The translations under genes were made by a program, and so were the position numbers. A stretch of 52,232 nucleotides of DNA, the filler included, from Squatina squatina (lineage: Eukaryota): assembly GCA_031763465.1 (NCBI GenBank). It is 3 parts of 3 records of this genome, joined end to end, with 100 filler letters (N's around TTAATTAATTAA, not from the genome) between each part and the next. Parts side by side here need not be neighbours in the genome. Positions count along the whole stretch, not along the records: positions 37,395 to 52,232 come from JARFOE010000189.1; 2 more parts are not named here. One strand, written 5' to 3'. How positions within the stretch are numbered: the stretch's first letter is position 1; each line of letters opens with the position of its first letter. Shown piece after piece: positions 49,023 to 52,232 of this stretch. The notes under the pieces are model-generated. The model was not told where the DNA came from and did no database searches. It saw only the letters and a program-made list of their open reading frames with translations.

Positions 49023-52000
49023 AGTATAAATCTGGTGGTGTCCAAAGCCAGAGAGGCCAAACTCTCCTGATTTTGGCAGGATTTCTGGATAGTTTCTGTT
49101 GGAACTAAATTTTCAACCTGTGTAAATTTCTGCATATTTTATCTGAAGTTAATGAACTTCTCTCCATTTCGTGGTTCCAAGACAGTATTCTTAGATTTTT
49201 GAATTACACTGATTATGTTAATACTCGCTCTCCCTGTCTGTCATACCTGTCACCACCTCCCGTGTCAGGCTGCTAATATCACTTGGCCAAGAGCCCGTCA
49301 ATAGGCCTTGTAAAGATACTAGTGGGTATATATTCCTCAAAGAATTTTGCAGCACAGAAGGAGGCCATTCGGCTCATCGCGGCTGTGTTCACTCTCTGAA
49401 AGAGCTATCCACCAAATCCCAACGCAGGGGAGCCCATGTTTTGCTCCTGTTTTTTTGCTCGTCGAAAAAAACTGGAGAGGAATATCTGCAGTAATGGAGC
49501 ACAAGCATCTGTAGTACAAACATGCTGGAAAACAGTGGCAGCAGTCAAAGCTGTAGCTGCATGTGGAGTGGCTCTGTTTCGCCAGCCACATCAGAGGAAG
49601 AGACAACAACAAAATTTAGTTGCGAGAAGAAAACGCAAAGAAGCAAATTAAACATTATGGCAGTTAAAAAAAAAGTAGGTAGGTATAAGAAAACAAAACT
49701 CAAACAAACAGTGTGACAGATTGCTTTTGTGGCTCCAATCCATTGAGATCACAATTTTGGGTTAGAAAGTTGGCATTTCTGTTAGACATTCATTTACTGG
49801 ATTGTGGGGGGGGGCGGGGAAGTGTCTATCACTAGATCAGAATTATAAACATCATTCTCACTGCATTCAAAATAGCTTGTATATATAAAACTACTGTGAT
49901 CAGGCTTGTATAAAAACATGTAAAGAGGGGCCACTCTTTCTTGAACGTAGCTTTAAGCTCAATGCCTTGGACAAGTATAACTAGTATAATGAGTAAGTTT
50001 ACAAACTAGTAATTACCTCCAATCCACTTTGTGTTTGCCCCCACTGAACCATGACTGCCTGACTCTCCTCTGGCAAATTCAACTTTCAGGTACAGACATG
50101 TTAGATGTGAAGTTGTTTGACTTAACGTGCCTTTGCAGCACTGTGTTAAAAACACTAAAAAAAATGCATCAAACTGTGCAGAATTTTATAGATCTCTTCT
50201 GCTCATGCACCCTAGAACCTGATAGCCTAGTTGTTTTCTATTTGCTCAATGTCNNNNNNNNNNNNNNNNNNNNNNNNNNNNNNNNNNNNNNNNNNNNNNN
50301 NNNNNNNNNNNNNNNNNNNNNNNNNNNNNNNNNNNNNNNNNNNNNNNNNNNNNGTGAGTGCCAAACGAACCAAGAGGATTTAGCAAATGCCTGGAAATAC
50401 ACAGCTAGCATCTATATAGAGAAAAGATAGATTATGATGTTTCGAGTGTGTGCCCTTCCTCAGAACAGCATTTCCAGTATTTACAGTTTTTTTCTTTTTA
50501 TTTGCACTTTTACTTAAAGACTGCCATGTTGACTCAAGAAGCAGTTTTCTGGCCAACTACTGAATGAAATATTTTGCTTTAGTTTACAAGAGTGACTTGT
50601 ATTATCAAGCACCCAGTATAATCTTTGAGTGTCACAGTACTTTATATTCTGAATCATCCCTAAAATTTATAGTGACCTTAAGATTATTTCCCTGAATGAG
50701 GCCCTGTACTTCAGCTGGTTTTTATGAGGCACAGTGGTTTACTTTGGATCTGCGCTCACTGAAGTCAGCAAATGTTTTCACACATGAAAATTAATCCAAC
50801 AGATGTTGACTAAGTTGATAACAGTCAATGGTTCAGTTGTGATGAGAACTTCCTGTGATGTAGGGATCAAAAGTATATTTGGTCCAGTTAAAAGACTGAG
50901 ATTTGAAAGCAGAAAACATTTTTTTTTATAAATGTTTTCAAAATGCAGCCACGGACAAAACATCAACTGAAGATTAGTGTTGTTGAACATTTATTTTTCC
51001 ACTTTCGTTTCTTGCTCTACTCCAGAGTGTGGATCCTGCCAAAGGGAAAGAAAGAGTTCGGTCTCTGGGACAGCTGCAAATTTCAGACTGTACATTTGAA
51101 TCCACTTCACAGGGCACACCACTCTGCACTGTGTTTTATTACGCAGGATTGGAGAGACTATCCAGGAAAGTTTATCAAGTGTGCAACAGCCAGGACATTC
51201 CTGACACTAATACTAAACAAATCCACAGCAGGTTACTCAGTTACGGGTACACTGACCAAATAGCACCAACAATCTTTATTAATTAGTTACCAATTTCTAA
51301 TAAAAAAACCAAGTGACTGCTCCAAACCAGAGAGAGAAACATAAAAATCCTCTGTTGTCATTACTTTGCAAGGATATTAGATATTTGGCTTAATATTTTC
51401 AGCATGTTTACTGGAACATTTTGATATAAGCCCACTAAACGTAAATCATTCTCTTTTGTGGGAGAACAGCACCAGTCAAGCACGTGCAGCCTTGCTTTCT
51501 TAAATGTTTACCAAGTAACAGTAACGACAAAATCGAGGGAGCTTTACTCTACATTTGGCTGTGCTATACCTGNNNNNNNNNNCAATGAGACCCTTCACCG
51601 TGATGAACACAAAATGTATAGAGAGCAAATAAAAGTGTAGAGAGCTCGGTCTTAGAGATTACAGAAAGAATTCCAACAGAAATATTGACTGAATACCAGG
51701 CAGAATCAACAGAACTCCCAATAAAATACACTGTCACTGCAGTGAACACCTAATTAAAATATGAGCTCAAGCAATATTTTACTAGCCATATTCTCATATT
51801 TAATAACCCAAGAACGTTCCTATTAGACTAGACCCAGATACAGCTTGGTCCCCTGCTGGACCTTCTTATACCCACAGCTGTATGAGTTTTTAAGGAATAA
51901 GTTAGGTAATCTGTCTATGTAATTGATAACATCACATTGAGAATAGTTGCCCACACAAACAAGTAACTATTGAAAAGGCAAACTTAATTTTTTGAATCAA

Positions 52001-52232
52001 TAATTCAACAGCAATTTAACCTCATCTCAGGTGATAGATATAGATATAGATAGATACACACAAGAGATCAGAAATGCATCAGATAAATGATTCTGAGAAA
52101 AGCCTTCAGCACCTTTTCCCACCAGCAGGAGAACACTACTGAGGTCTAACACAAACATAGCTCAGTTACACTGCTTTTGAATGTGCTTAGAAAAGTAAAT
52201 TGGAAACTTGTGTTGATTTTTATCCTGGGATT

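Overview
Gappy vertebrate genomic DNA, most likely from a cartilaginous fish (inferred from the repeat families), with about 25 N-gaps, most of exactly 100 N. Three protein-coding genes are recognisable. (1) An intact single-coding-exon MYADM-family double-MARVEL gene on the minus strand (ATG 5543, stop 4668). (2) The last two coding exons of RNF19B on the plus strand (19769-19906 and 22791-23229); the ORF track shows these only as unrelated fragments. (3) Four internal exons of a class I Golgi alpha-1,2-mannosidase, best matching MAN1C1, on the minus strand (34610-34725, 32706-32829, 30785-30900, 28732-28910 truncated by a gap), tail-to-tail with RNF19B; its other exons are not visible and probably lie in gaps. 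The rest is intronic or intergenic and rich in decayed CR1-group LINEs, PIF/Harbinger remnants and MITE-like elements, Penelope-like fragments with hammerhead-like cores, tRNA-derived SINEs (including LF-SINE-like copies), two minisatellites and microsatellites. Two artificial N44-TTAATTAATTAA-N44 linkers (19534-19633, 37295-37394) split the window into three blocks whose adjacency is not guaranteed. I see no convincing wholly new biological system. The best leads are a possible antisense-nested MYADM-like gene, an IRF/GATA element in the last RNF19B intron, and hammerhead-like relics. All family assignments come from recalled sequences, not database searches.
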